Origin: an uncultured Collinsella sp.
Lineage (GTDB): Bacteria; Actinomycetota; Coriobacteriia; Coriobacteriales; Coriobacteriaceae
Assembly (NCBI GenBank): GCA_958444075.1
Contig: CAUCNB010000002.1
Location: forward strand, 13,909 to 77,908
Reading direction: 5' to 3'
Length of the DNA stretch: 64,000 nt
The position numbers and the translations under genes were made by a program. The notes under the pieces are model-generated. The model saw only the letters and a list, made by a program, of their open reading frames with translations. It was not told the origin of the DNA and ran no database searches. Shown here one piece after another: positions 1 through 11,945 of the stretch (positions are counted from its first letter, which is position 1; every line of letters begins with the position of its first letter).

Positions 1-335
1 GGATCCAGAGCCTCCAGTGCCTCGCGGAACAGGTCGCACGGCAGGGCGTGGCCCACCGTCACAGCTCCGTCGCCCGCGCCAGCGACGCTTGCCAGCACGC
101 AAAAATCCTCGGGAGCATATCCGATGGCGCCGAGCGCCTTGCGCAACGCGGCGCCATCCGCGCCGGCGGCCAGCTCGCCGCCCGAGCACTCGGCTTCATC
201 CAAATCGCCTTTGACCAGCACAATCGGCGAGCACGCGTTGCCCGCGATGCGCACACCGCGATCTGCAAGCGACGCGAGCTCCTGCTCGGCCGCCTGGGCG
301 ATGGCTTCTTTTTTCTGGCTTTGTGACGTGGACAT
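1..335 (-). CDS. Hypothetical protein, possibly uracil-DNA glycosylase-like fold (partial, runs off window start)
   Basis: Manual translation from ATG 335 with GGAG RBS: MSTSQSQKKEAIAQAAEQELASLADRGVRIAGNACSPIVLVKGDLD...ALRKALGAIGY...FREALEALDP; open to the edge, absent from the ORF track. Confidence 0.65.
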   Translation of the reverse strand, partial: MSTSQSQKKEAIAQAAEQELASLADRGVRIAGNACSPIVLVKGDLDEAECSGGELAAGADGAALRKALGAIGYAPEDFCVLASVAGAGDGAVTVGHALPCDLFREALEALD

Positions 336-471
336 GCGCTCTCCAATCGTTTGCGTGCCCACCATTATATAAAAGAGCTGCCCGCGAGTGGTTGCTTTGC
401 GGGCGGCTGGGTATAAGCACGGTCGTACTGAGTTTTACGCGGCCGAGCCGCGTCGTATTATGGAGGTCACC

Positions 472-792
472 ATGGCTGACATTAAGCAGATTACCCCCGA
501 GAACTTCGATTCCATCGTTAACGACAGCCTGCCCGTGCTGGTCGATTTTTGGGCGCCCTGGTGCGGGCCCTGCCGATCGCTCTCGCCCATCGTGGACGAG
601 GTAGCCGATGAGCTGGCGGGCAAGCTTGCCGTTGCCAAATGCAACGTCGACGACAACCAGGACCTGGCCATGAAGTATGGCGTCATGAGCATCCCCACGC
701 TGATTGTGTTTAAGAACGGCGAGGAGATTGACCGTTCGGTTGGCGCTCTGCCCAAGGCGAGGCTGCAGGCGCTGCTGGAGAAGCATCTGTAA
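472..792 (+). CDS. trxA: Thioredoxin
   Basis: WCGPC active site, VLVDFWAPW, SIPTL; GGAGG RBS before ATG 472. Confidence 0.97.
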   Translation: MADIKQITPENFDSIVNDSLPVLVDFWAPWCGPCRSLSPIVDEVADELAGKLAVAKCNVDDNQDLAMKYGVMSIPTLIVFKNGEEIDRSVGALPKARLQALLEKHL

Positions 793-1013
793 TACGCTTG
801 TTACTTACCCGCCGTCCATGAGCGGTTTTGCACCGCTCGCCGGACTGCCGGGTGCGGCGCGTGCGACCACGGATAGTATGGTAGTCACAAACAGCCCCCA
901 GTGAACGGGTGCGAGTCGCACAGACTCGCACCCGTTTTCTTATGCAGCTGCGCACAGAGTGGGCGTAGTAAAATCTGAACCACTGAACTGCCCCATACAA
1001 AAGGAGATTTCCC

Positions 1014-1262
1014 ATGCATGATGTTGGAATGAACATGAGCCAGCTTGCCATGAGCGTCAAACAGGTCGACGACACCATCGAGCTCGCTCACGAATGGAGC
1101 CATCAGTTGCTGCATGCGACCGAGAATTTTGACATGGAGCGCATCGGCGCCAAGCTCGAGGCCGCCATGGCCGCGTTGCACGAGGCGCATGACGCGCTCG
1201 AGGGCTACGAGGAAGCCATCGAGGCCGACCACAACTCCGTCGGCTCCGTGAAGCTGGTGTAA
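1014..1262 (+). CDS. Small His/Glu-rich helical hypothetical protein (82 aa)
   Basis: AAAGGAG RBS, typical codon usage, stop 1 nt before nikR start. Confidence 0.8.
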   Translation: MHDVGMNMSQLAMSVKQVDDTIELAHEWSHQLLHATENFDMERIGAKLEAAMAALHEAHDALEGYEEAIEADHNSVGSVKLV

Positions 1263-1263
1263 G

Positions 1264-1776
1264 GTGGCCGAACACGAGCACGGCTGCGGGTACGAGCACG
1301 AGCATCCGCACGGGGCGGACGGTGACGCGGGCTGCCACTGTAGTGGCTCCGGCTCCGAGCTGGTCCGTTTTTCGGTTACCGCACCGGATGACCTGCTGCG
1401 CCGTTTTGACGAACAGATCGCGCGCCGCGGCGACGTGGCCAACCGCTCCGAGGCCGTGCGCGACCTGATTCGCGCCTCGATCGCCAAGGAGCAGATGCGC
1501 ACGCCCGACGAGCATGTTATCGGGTCGCTCACCATGATCTACGACCACCATACCGGCGACCTGACGCGCCGTCTGGACGAAGTGCAGCACGACTACACCG
1601 ACGAGATCGTATCGACCATGCACGTGCATCTGGATCACCACAACTGTCTGGAGATCCTGGCACTCAAGGGTCGCGGCGAGCGCGTCTACGAACTAGCCGA
1701 TCGCCTGCTGGGCCTGCGCGGCGTTAAGCACGGCGAGCTCACGTGTGCCGCCACCAAGCAGAGCCTGGGGCTGTAG
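1264..1776 (+). CDS. nikR: Nickel-responsive regulator NikR with His/Cys-rich N-terminal extension
   Basis: RHH RFSVT...NRSEAVRDLIR; metal site YDHH and HVHLDHHNCLE. Confidence 0.95.
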   Translation: MAEHEHGCGYEHEHPHGADGDAGCHCSGSGSELVRFSVTAPDDLLRRFDEQIARRGDVANRSEAVRDLIRASIAKEQMRTPDEHVIGSLTMIYDHHTGDLTRRLDEVQHDYTDEIVSTMHVHLDHHNCLEILALKGRGERVYELADRLLGLRGVKHGELTCAATKQSLGL

Positions 1777-1818
1777 CGCACCTGTCCCTATTTGGTCGGT
1801 TTTGATGAGGGGTGTCGC

Positions 1819-4287
1819 ATGCGACATGTGCATATTCATGTGACGGGCATTGTGCAGGGCGTTGGCATGCGGCCGTTTGTGTATCGCGAGGCCATGGCGC
1901 ATGGCATTTGCGGATGGGCGCTCAACGCGGGCGACGGCGTGCATATCGAGGCGCACGCTCCGGCCGATGCGCTCGATGCTTTTGTTGCCGCGCTTTCTGC
2001 GCATGCGCCTGCGGCAGCCCGCGTAGAATATGTCGAGGTTGTGGACCTGGCAGCCCACGGTTGGGATACCGCCAATGAGCAGGGCTTTCGTATTGTGGCA
2101 TCGCAGGACCAGACCGCGCACACGACGCTCGTCTCGCCCGATATCGCCACCTGCGATGATTGTCTGCGCGAGTTGTTCAACCCCGCCGATCGGCGCTATC
2201 ACTACCCCTTTATCAACTGCACTAACTGCGGCCCACGCTTTACCATCATCCGATCGCTGCCTTATGACCGAGCGGCCACGTCGATGGATTGTTTTCCCAT
2301 GTGTCCCAAGTGCGCCGCGGAGTATGCCGACCCACTCGACCGGCGTTTTCACGCGCAGCCCGATGCCTGCTTTGATTGCGGGCCGCATATCACGTGGCGC
2401 GAAGCGAGCGTGGGCGGTGAGCCGGGCGAAGCCGCCGCGTTGCCGGCCGTCGGCACCACGCGCGAGACCAGCGACGCCATTATCGACCGCTGTGTTGAGC
2501 TGCTGGCCGGTGGCGGTATCGTCGCCATCAAGGGTCTGGGCGGATTTCACTTGGCATGCGACGCTTCCAACGAGCAGGCGGTAGCCGAGCTTCGCCGCCG
2601 CAAACGCCGCAGCAACAAACCGCTTGCCGTTATGGTACGCGACCTTGCCGACGCTGAACGCCTGTGCCATGTCAACGACGTTGCACGCGGCTTGCTGGCC
2701 GGCAGCATTCGCCCCATTGTGCTGCTGCGCCGACGTGCTGCTTGCGAGAGCGGCGGCTCCCCCGACGCCCTCGCGCTCGCGCCGTCCGTCGCGCACGACC
2801 TTCCAGATCTCGGTGTTATGCTCCCCTACACCCCGCTTCAGCATCTGTTGCTTGCCGCGGCAGAAGCCCGCGGTATGCACGCGCTCGTCATGACCAGCGG
2901 AAACCTGAGCGAAAAGCCCATCGAGACCGATGACGATCTTGCCTGGGAGCGCCTCGTTGCCGCCGGCATTGCCGACGCGCTGCTCGGCAACGACCGCGCG
3001 ATTCTCTCGCGCTACGACGACTCCGTGGTGCGCGTGGTCGACGGCGCCGTTATGCCCGTGCGCCGCGCTCGCGGATATGCACCCCAGCCGCTGCCGTTGC
3101 CGGCGCTCGACGGCGCTCCGTCCTGCGTGCTCGCCTGCGGGCCACAACAAAAGGCCACGATTGCGCTCACGCGTGAAGGGACGAACGGCGAGGCAACCTG
3201 TTTTGTGTCGCATCATATCGGCGATGTTGAAAACGGCGAGACCTTCGATGCCTGGAACGCCGCGCGCACGCGCTTGGAAGATCTCTTTGACTTGGCGCCC
3301 GCCGCCTTGGCCTGCGATTTGCACCCCAGCTATCTATCGAGCCAGTGGGCGCGCGAGCAGGCACGGGAGCACAATCTGCCGCTCGTCGAGGTGCAGCACC
3401 ATCATGCGCATATCGCGAGCGTAATGGCCGAGGCCATCGCCGCGGGCCAGCTTACAACCGACGCGCGTGTCCTTGGCATCGCCTTTGACGGCACCGGCGC
3501 CGGCACCGATGGGACCATTTGGGGCGGCGAGTTTCTTGTTGCCGGCCTTGGCGGCTTTGAGCGCGCCGCGCATTTGCGCACCTGGGCGCTCCCCGGCGGG
3601 GCGGCCTCCGTGCGCGACGCCCGCCGCAACGCCTTTGCCCTGCTCAGTGAGCTCGGTCTGCTCGAGCACCCAGGCGCCGCTCGGCTTTTGGACAGCCTCG
3701 ACGAGCAAACGCACAGCGTGACAGCCACCATGATCGAGCACGGCATCAACAGCCCGCGCACCAGCAGCATGGGGCGTCTCTTTGATGCCGCGGCAGCAAT
3801 TCTGGGCATCTGCGACAAGGCAACCTACGAGGGCGAGCCTGCCATAGAACTCGAAGCCGCCGCCTGGCGCGCGTTCAGCAGTGAAAGTGCCTGCCCCACC
3901 GGCAATATGGCCAGCTTTTCCGTAATCGAATCATCCCGTCCGGACGACTTCCATGTTCTGAACTCCAGACCGCTTTTTGAGGCGCTTTTGGAGGGAATCA
4001 GGACCGGCGTGCCCGCCGGCAAGCTCGCGCTCGACTTCCATGTCACCATCGCACGCGCGTCGGCCCGCATCGCAAGCGAGATCTGCGTCCGTGAAGACCT
4101 CGATACCGTCGCGCTCTCGGGCGGCGTGTTCATGAACCGACTTTTGCTTCAGCTCCTCACCCGCAAGCTTAAAGACGCAGGCCTTACGGTCTTGGTTCCC
4201 CAAACCGTGCCCGTTAACGACGGCTGCATCGCCTACGGTCAGGCGGCAGTCGCACGCACTCGCCTCGCACAGGTCGCACCGCAATAG
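1819..4287 (+). CDS. hypF: Carbamoyltransferase HypF
   Basis: GIVQGVGMRPF acylphosphatase domain, two CxxC-x18-CxxC zinc fingers, KGLGGFHL, QHHHAH, PVNDG. Confidence 0.97.
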   Translation: MRHVHIHVTGIVQGVGMRPFVYREAMAHGICGWALNAGDGVHIEAHAPADALDAFVAALSAHAPAAARVEYVEVVDLAAHGWDTANEQGFRIVASQDQTAHTTLVSPDIATCDDCLRELFNPADRRYHYPFINCTNCGPRFTIIRSLPYDRAATSMDCFPMCPKCAAEYADPLDRRFHAQPDACFDCGPHITWREASVGGEPGEAAALPAVGTTRETSDAIIDRCVELLAGGGIVAIKGLGGFHLACDASNEQAVAELRRRKRRSNKPLAVMVRDLADAERLCHVNDVARGLLAGSIRPIVLLRRRAACESGGSPDALALAPSVAHDLPDLGVMLPYTPLQHLLLAAAEARGMHALVMTSGNLSEKPIETDDDLAWERLVAAGIADALLGNDRAILSRYDDSVVRVVDGAVMPVRRARGYAPQPLPLPALDGAPSCVLACGPQQKATIALTREGTNGEATCFVSHHIGDVENGETFDAWNAARTRLEDLFDLAPAALACDLHPSYLSSQWAREQAREHNLPLVEVQHHHAHIASVMAEAIAAGQLTTDARVLGIAFDGTGAGTDGTIWGGEFLVAGLGGFERAAHLRTWALPGGAASVRDARRNAFALLSELGLLEHPGAARLLDSLDEQTHSVTATMIEHGINSPRTSSMGRLFDAAAAILGICDKATYEGEPAIELEAAAWRAFSSESACPTGNMASFSVIESSRPDDFHVLNSRPLFEALLEGIRTGVPAGKLALDFHVTIARASARIASEICVREDLDTVALSGGVFMNRLLLQLLTRKLKDAGLTVLVPQTVPVNDGCIAYGQAAVARTRLAQVAPQ

Positions 4288-4418
4288 GCTGTTTGGCCAA
4301 TCCGTGCGCCGCCGTCTCACAGGTGTAACGCGTTTGCTCGTGACTCCCGCGAGCGCTACCATCATCTGATAGGTAATTAGGCGCCTATCCAGCGCAAAAC
4401 GTATAAAAGGGGAACATT

Positions 4419-4679
4419 ATGTGCCTTGCCGTTCCCGGTAAAGTAGTCAAACGCGACGACGACCTCAAGGCCACCGTCGACATGATGGGCATCGAGCGCC
4501 CGGTGTCGCTGCGACTCGTGCCGACGGCACAAGTAGGCGACTATATTCTGGTGCACGCTGGATTTGGCATCCAGATCGTCGACGAGCAGGAGGCGCAGGA
4601 TACGCTCGACCTGGTCAACACCATGACCGAACTGGTCGAAGAAGACCAGCTGGCCAGCAACCCGGCCGAGGCGTACTAG
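4419..4679 (+). CDS. hypC: Hydrogenase maturation chaperone HypC
   Basis: MCLAVP N-terminus, VGDYILVHAGF. Confidence 0.97.
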   Translation: MCLAVPGKVVKRDDDLKATVDMMGIERPVSLRLVPTAQVGDYILVHAGFGIQIVDEQEAQDTLDLVNTMTELVEEDQLASNPAEAY

Positions 4680-5794
4680 TGGTGGCCGGACAGCCGGTTC
4701 GCTCCGGTATCGACTTTTCGGCATTTCGCGACCCCAAGCTGGCTCGCGAGCTCATCGATCGTATTCATGAGTTTGTCGGCAACCGCAGCATCAACCTTAT
4801 GGAAGTCTGCGGTACGCATACCGTGAGCATCGGGCGCTATGGCTTTCGCTCTATTATGCCGACGGGACTCAAGCTGCTAAGCGGCCCGGGGTGCCCCGTT
4901 TGCGTCACCGCCAACCGCGACATCGATCACGCAATCGCGCTTTCCAACATGGACGGCGCCATCATCACCACCTTTGGCGACATGATGCGCGTGCCCGGAT
5001 CGTCCACCTCGCTTGCCGCGCAAAAGGCGGCGGGGCGCGACATCCGCATCGTCTACTCTCCGCTCGACGCACTCGACATTGCCGAGCAAAATCCCGAACG
5101 CCCGGTCATCTTTATGGGCGTCGGCTTTGAGACCACAACGCCCACCATTGCCGCCGCTATCCTGGAGTCCGACGCGCGCGGGCTCCAGAACTTCTCGGTC
5201 TACTGTGCTCACAAGACCACGCCGCCGGCGCTGCGCGCCATCGCCAACGATCCCGAGACCACTATCGACGGCTTTATCCTTCCGGGACACGTCGCTACCA
5301 TCACGGGCCTGGCACCCTTTGGGTTTTTGGTCGATGAGTTCGAGACCCCCGGCGTAGTCACCGGGTTTGAGCCGGTCGATATCCTGCAAGGTATCTGCAT
5401 GCTGGTCCAGATGGTTGTCGAGAAAAGGCCGGCGATCGACAACGCCTACCGCCGTGGCGTCAACGCTGACGGCAACCCCGTAGCGCGCCAGCTGGTCGAG
5501 CAGGTATTTGAGCCGTGCGACACCACGTGGCGCGGACTGGGACCGATTGCCAACTCGGGTCTTTCCATCCGGCCCGAATTCGCGCGCTTTGATGCCGGCG
5601 CCCGCTTTGACGTACCCATTGAACCGACGGTCGAACCACGCGGGTGCCGCTGCGGCGACGTGCTGCGCGGCGCCATCACGCCGAGCGACTGCCCGCTGTT
5701 CGGCCACGCATGTACGCCCGAACATCCCGTCGGACCGTGCATGGTGAGCTCCGAGGGCAGCTGTGCAGCATATTTCCGCTACCGAGGCTGTTAG
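4679..5794 (+). CDS. hypD: Hydrogenase maturation protein HypD
   Basis: MEVCGTH, GPGCPVC, GFETT, PGHV, GPCMVSSEGSC. Confidence 0.97.
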   Translation: MVAGQPVRSGIDFSAFRDPKLARELIDRIHEFVGNRSINLMEVCGTHTVSIGRYGFRSIMPTGLKLLSGPGCPVCVTANRDIDHAIALSNMDGAIITTFGDMMRVPGSSTSLAAQKAAGRDIRIVYSPLDALDIAEQNPERPVIFMGVGFETTTPTIAAAILESDARGLQNFSVYCAHKTTPPALRAIANDPETTIDGFILPGHVATITGLAPFGFLVDEFETPGVVTGFEPVDILQGICMLVQMVVEKRPAIDNAYRRGVNADGNPVARQLVEQVFEPCDTTWRGLGPIANSGLSIRPEFARFDAGARFDVPIEPTVEPRGCRCGDVLRGAITPSDCPLFGHACTPEHPVGPCMVSSEGSCAAYFRYRGC

Positions 5795-6006
5795 GTTCCG
5801 CCGTTCTAACGAACGGCGGACCGGTCGACGCTGCGCGCCATTCAGGCGAGCGATTTGCCTTTCAATCGTCGGCTGCGGGCAAAAGCCCAGCAGCCTCCTC
5901 TTTCAAGGCAACTCACTTCGCCTGAATGGCGCTCGCTGACTTTTACTTAACATCGATTCTGCCACACTCAGCTATTGCCGACCCCCCCACGATTGGAGTT
6001 TTCGAT

Positions 6007-7041
6007 ATGTCCCGTACTGCCACCGATAGCACTGTCCTGTTGGGCCACGGCTCTGGCGGCCAGATGATGAAACGCATCATCGATGAGGTCTTTTTGGATG
6101 CCTTTGGGTCGCCCGAACTGCTCGAGGGCAACGATGCCGGCGTCGCTGCGCTGCCCGCGAGCGGGCGCATCGCCATGTCGACCGACAGCTTTGTAGTCTC
6201 GCCGCAGTTCTTCCCCGGCGGCAATATCGGCCGACTCGCCGTGTGCGGAACCGTCAACGACGTCGCGACCTCGGGCGCTAATGTGCGCTACCTCTCATGC
6301 GGCTTTATCCTCGAAGAGGGCTATCCCATGGACAAGCTGCGCCAGATTGTGCAGACCATGGCCGAAACGGCACATGAGGCAGGCGTGAAGATTATCACCG
6401 GCGACACCAAGGTGGTCGAGCGTGGCGGTGCCGACGGCGTCTACATCAATACCGCTGGCGTAGGCGAGGTGCCCGCAGGCGTGACGCTCAGCGGTGCCAA
6501 CTGCCGGCCCGGCGATGTCATCCTGGTGTCGGGCACACTCGGCGACCACGGCATCGCCATCATGAGCCAACGCGAGGGCCTGGCGTTTTCGAGCACCATC
6601 GAAAGCGATGCCGCGCCGCTCAACCACCTGATTGCCGATGTGCTTTCCGCAGCACCCGACACACACTGCTTCCGCGACCCCACGCGCGGTGGCCTGGCCT
6701 CGACGCTTAACGAGTTTGCGCAGGCCAGCGGCGTTGCCATGGAGGTCGACGAGGATGCCGTGCCCGTGCGCCCCGACGTGCAGGCCGCCTGCGAGATGCT
6801 CGGCTACGATGTGCTGCAGGTGGCAAACGAGGGCAAGATGGTTGCCGTCGTGCCGACCGAGCAAGCCGATGCCGCGCTGAGCGCCATGCGCGCCGCCCGC
6901 TACGGCGAGAATGCCGCCATCGTCGGTCGCGTGCTGCCACTTGCCGAGGGCGCCCGTCCCGCCGTGCGCGTACGCACCGGCTGGGGCTCGACCCGCATCC
7001 TCGACATGCTCGTAGGAGAGCAGCTGCCGAGGATTTGCTAG
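6007..7041 (+). CDS. hypE: Carbamoyl dehydratase HypE
   Basis: LGHGSGG, TDSFVV, GDTKVVE, RDPTRGG, C-terminal LPRIC. Confidence 0.97.
   Translation: MSRTATDSTVLLGHGSGGQMMKRIIDEVFLDAFGSPELLEGNDAGVAALPASGRIAMSTDSFVVSPQFFPGGNIGRLAVCGTVNDVATSGANVRYLSCGFILEEGYPMDKLRQIVQTMAETAHEAGVKIITGDTKVVERGGADGVYINTAGVGEVPAGVTLSGANCRPGDVILVSGTLGDHGIAIMSQREGLAFSSTIESDAAPLNHLIADVLSAAPDTHCFRDPTRGGLASTLNEFAQASGVAMEVDEDAVPVRPDVQAACEMLGYDVLQVANEGKMVAVVPTEQADAALSAMRAARYGENAAIVGRVLPLAEGARPAVRVRTGWGSTRILDMLVGEQLPRIC
6985..7041 (+). repeat. 57-bp direct repeat, left copy (hypE 3' end)
   Basis: GGCTCGACCCGCATCCTCGACATGCTCGTAGGAGAGCAGCTGCCGAGGATTTGCTAG, 54/57 identical to 14072-14128. Confidence 0.95.
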
Positions 7042-7216
7042 CGGGCGAGCGCCGGCCGGCGCGGCTTCGCTCCGCCACCAGGCCGTCGTCCCGCCCTGCC
7101 CGATCCGCTGCCACCCCAAGATTGAGCGAGCCAAATGTTCACCCTGGAAATGAGCGGGGCACACGTGCGGCAGAGAGCATGTAAATCGACGAATGCATTT
7201 CCCCCAAATATCAAAT

Positions 7217-7260
7217 AGCCCCGCGACCGGGCTGAAATCGGTCGCGGGGCTTTGCATTTT
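7217..7260. terminator. Intrinsic (likely bidirectional) terminator
   Basis: AGCCCCGCGACC / GGTCGCGGGGCT stem followed by T-rich tail, between convergent genes. Confidence 0.75.
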
Positions 7261-7276
7261 CAAGCTTTGCTGTTGT

Positions 7277-7717
7277 CTACGCTCTGAACTTTGGATACGT
7301 CAGCAGCATGAGCGCGACGCTCACGCCCAGCTGCATGAGAATCTGGCGCACGTCGCCGGCACCTCCTAACGCCGCGGCGCGAACCAGATTGGCGACGCCG
7401 AGTGGCATGCCGCCGCCAAACCAGAGCGAAAGACCTAGCAGCACCTTGTCACCCATATCAGGCTCAAAGGGCACCGAGGCCACCACCGCCCGATACGCTC
7501 GCACCTCAAGGAAGATCAACGCCACGATGAGCAGCAAGGTAACGAGCATCGACGCGATCGATGCAGAGGACGCCGCAGAGCCCGTAAGCTCGCCCACAGT
7601 CGCATCCATAAGTAGAACGCCCACCGCATAAATCAGTGACATGACCCCCAGGGTCGTAAGCGCCGAACGCGCCCCAACGCGCCCCGCGCCCCTAGCGCCA
7701 ACGTTTCTTGCCGTCAT
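7277..7717 (-). CDS. Hypothetical membrane protein (~4 TM)
   Basis: GGGAGG RBS before ATG 7717; hydrophobic segments; last gene of the PTS operon. Confidence 0.7.
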   Translation of the reverse strand: MTARNVGARGAGRVGARSALTTLGVMSLIYAVGVLLMDATVGELTGSAASSASIASMLVTLLLIVALIFLEVRAYRAVVASVPFEPDMGDKVLLGLSLWFGGGMPLGVANLVRAAALGGAGDVRQILMQLGVSVALMLLTYPKFRA

Positions 7718-7826
7718 CGTTAACCTCCCTAAGCAAAGGGCCCGCCGGCGCGCACCGGCGGGCCAATCTTTCTGGAGCCAGCCCACCTTGGGTGGCCCAA
7801 AGCGCATCGGCGCGGCTTTTGCCCGC

Positions 7827-8093
7827 CTACTCCCCGCAGCCACTCTCGACAAGCGCCACGAGGGCATCGACGGCGGCCGCCTCGTCGGCGCCGTCGGCCG
7901 CAATCACAATCTCGCAACCGCAGATCATCCCCAGGCTCATGACCATCAAGATAGACTTGGCGTCCTTGGCGTCTCCGCCCACCTTGCCAACGGTGATCGA
8001 GCTCTCGTACTTGCTTGCCTCCTGCACAAACAGCGACGCAGGACGCGCGTGGATACCGCTCGGATTCTTGACGATCGTCGTCTTGGAAACCAT
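7827..8093 (-). CDS. HPr-family phosphocarrier
   Basis: GIHARPA (His15) and DAKSILMVMSLG (Ser46). Confidence 0.95.
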   Translation of the reverse strand: MVSKTTIVKNPSGIHARPASLFVQEASKYESSITVGKVGGDAKDAKSILMVMSLGMICGCEIVIAADGADEAAAVDALVALVESGCGE

Positions 8094-8102
8094 CTCTGCT
8101 CC

Positions 8103-9650
<1,548 letters not shown>

Positions 9651-9713
9651 TCATCTCTCTTGGTTGGGTTGGGGATGCGAGCCGCAGGGCGCGACCCGCA
9701 ATCGGGAGACGCG

Positions 9714-10043
9714 TTAGCGGGCGGTCAGCGCGCGCACTACGGGCATCATCTTCTTGGCCATGTGCAGCTCGGCGCTGATGGTCATAAGCGTATCCTGGGC
9801 GTGCACGAACAGCAGGGAGTACTCGACCTCCTCGCCGCCCGCCTGGCGCTGGATCATCTCGGTCTGCGCTTTGTGCGCCTCAAGGATCTTGGCATCAGCC
9901 TCGGCAAGATGCGCGTCTGCCGCATCGAAATCGAACTCCGCCAGGGCATCCATCGCCTTGTCGATGCAGGCGCGGCCGTCGCCAGCGTTGATGATGACGT
10001 TCATCGCGACCGCAGGAACGTTGATTGTCTCATCAGCCATCAT
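9714..10043 (-). CDS. PTS lactose/cellobiose-family IIA
   Basis: IINAGDGR, AHKAQT, LLFVHAQDTLM. Confidence 0.93.
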   Translation of the reverse strand: MMADETINVPAVAMNVIINAGDGRACIDKAMDALAEFDFDAADAHLAEADAKILEAHKAQTEMIQRQAGGEEVEYSLLFVHAQDTLMTISAELHMAKKMMPVVRALTAR

Positions 10044-10136
10044 GGCCTCCTATTCTTGGGTACCGGCCGCCTCCACGGCCGGTACTGAAACATCTGGTAG
10101 CAACTAGGCGACGAACTCTGAGTCGCCCGTAGAGGT

Positions 10137-11456
10137 TTACTCGACAGCAGCTGCGGCAGCGGCCTTGGCGGCTTCCTTGGCAGCCTTCTTGGCCGCTTTC
10201 TTTGCAGCCTTCTCGGCAGCCTGCTCTTCCTCGATCTTGCACTGGTAGTTATCGGCAGCCTTAAAGAACGGGAACCACAGAATCGCGGCGATCAGCAGGT
10301 TGACGCAGACAAGTGCGATATTGCGCACGTCTCCGCCCGACATAAAGAACGCCGAGACCGCATTGGGCAGGAAGTTCATATCGAAATTCTCGACGTGCAG
10401 GCTCGCCCAGCCCATGCTCATCCAGAGGTAGGCGTTGGCAGACAGCAGGATAGACTGCAGCACCATGGGGATGAACATAAAGGGGTTGGCGACGATCGTG
10501 GAGAAGACCAGCGGCTCGTTAATGTTGAACAGCGACGGGATAATCGTTGCACGGCCGAGCGTCTTGTTCTTCTTGGACTTGGCAAAGAGCATGTAGAAGG
10601 CCAACGGAAGCGTTGCGCCCTCGCCGCCGATCATGATGTAGCGAGTAATGCCGTACGCGTTAATGTTAGTGGGAGCGAGGCCTGCGGCATAGGCGGCCAT
10701 GTTCTCGGCAAGAGCAGACTTTTGGATGGACTGCTGGATCGGCGAGAACACCCAGCCGGAGATGCCAAAGAAGTAGAAGGTGTCCATGACAAGCGGGATG
10801 GCGATGGTGCCGGGCAGCGTCTGGGCAAAGCCGGTAACGGGCGAAAGGATGATCGCGACCGCGCTAAAAACGTCGACCTGGAGCATGTTGGTAAAGAGCC
10901 AAGCCACAAAAAGCGACAGCAGCACCGCAATGATGTTATCGAACCAGTTCTTGACGAAGTCGGGCACGAGGCTGTCCTCGGAAAAGAACGTCATGCGCGC
11001 CATGCGCTTGTAGATAAAGCCAACGACAAATCCCACGACCATCGCGGTGAACATGCCACCCGCGCCAAACTTGGCCATCTGGAAGACATAGCCCTGATCG
11101 GTGATGGTGGGGTTCATGCACAGCATAAAAGCGCCTATACCGGTAAAACCGGCAATCATGCTGCGGTCTTTGCGATCTTCCTTGACCGCAACGTTATGCG
11201 GGATGATAAACGCCATGAACATGCCCACGAGGCCAAACGAGAACGTAGTGAGCGGCGACAGGTCGGGCAGGGCCGGGACAAAGCGACGGATAATGTTCCA
11301 CAGGCTCGGGATGGCCGAGACCATGGAGAAGGGGACGATGTAGAGAACTGCGTCGGAGATAACGCCAAACCAGTAGGTTGAGGTAAGCTTGTTCATCACG
11401 GGGACGACATGCTCGGTGATCCACGCCTGGATCGCTTCCATGACCTTTTGCGGCAT
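10137..11456 (-). CDS. PTS lactose/cellobiose-family IIC permease
   Basis: IGGEGATL, PSLFNINEPLVF, WFPFFK; multi-TM; Ala/Lys-rich tail. Confidence 0.93.
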   Translation of the reverse strand: MPQKVMEAIQAWITEHVVPVMNKLTSTYWFGVISDAVLYIVPFSMVSAIPSLWNIIRRFVPALPDLSPLTTFSFGLVGMFMAFIIPHNVAVKEDRKDRSMIAGFTGIGAFMLCMNPTITDQGYVFQMAKFGAGGMFTAMVVGFVVGFIYKRMARMTFFSEDSLVPDFVKNWFDNIIAVLLSLFVAWLFTNMLQVDVFSAVAIILSPVTGFAQTLPGTIAIPLVMDTFYFFGISGWVFSPIQQSIQKSALAENMAAYAAGLAPTNINAYGITRYIMIGGEGATLPLAFYMLFAKSKKNKTLGRATIIPSLFNINEPLVFSTIVANPFMFIPMVLQSILLSANAYLWMSMGWASLHVENFDMNFLPNAVSAFFMSGGDVRNIALVCVNLLIAAILWFPFFKAADNYQCKIEEEQAAEKAAKKAAKKAAKEAAKAAAAAAVE

Positions 11457-11467
11457 GTTGTCCCCTC

Positions 11468-11797
11468 CTAGTCTTCGTCAAGCAGGTCGTAGGCATCCTC
11501 GAGGATGCTCTCGCCGTCGAGCGCCGCGTAATAGTCGGGGTCGATGGCCATGACCTTCACGCCGTGAGATGCCACTTGAGACTGGATCTCGGGCACCTCG
11601 GAGGCGAAGTGCGGACCGAGCAGGAGGACGTCGATCTTGTCGGCGTAGTCCATAATCTCAGACTTACTGACTGCCTTGATGGTGCAGTCAAGACCCTTGG
11701 ACTTTGCGACCTTGCGCATGCCTGCCGCCATAAAGCCGGTCGAGGCACCGATGCCGCAAGCGAGGAGAATGCGAACGGTGCCGTTCTCATCTGCCAT
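11468..11797 (-). CDS. PTS lactose/cellobiose-family IIB
   Basis: ILLACGIGASTG, DVLLLGPH; AAAGGAG RBS. Confidence 0.93.
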   Translation of the reverse strand: MADENGTVRILLACGIGASTGFMAAGMRKVAKSKGLDCTIKAVSKSEIMDYADKIDVLLLGPHFASEVPEIQSQVASHGVKVMAIDPDYYAALDGESILEDAYDLLDED

Positions 11798-11945
11798 GGG
11801 GTACTCCTTTCCCAATAAGCGGGCTCGAGGCAGCTCCGATGCCGCTGCGATCCCCGCTGTGTTCTTGGGCGCCCGTGTCGACCCGGCCGCCCTTGACCGT
11901 GACTGCACTATACGCGGCGGAGGGCTCTTGCCGCCAACCGACTTT

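Noticed and set aside
793..1013. NikR operator upstream of the nikR operon
   Set aside because: GTATG and CATAC half-sites are present but not in the canonical GTATGA-N16-TCATAC spacing
10137..10230. AAKK repeat at the IIC C-terminus as a repeat element
   Set aside because: Ordinary low-complexity coding tail
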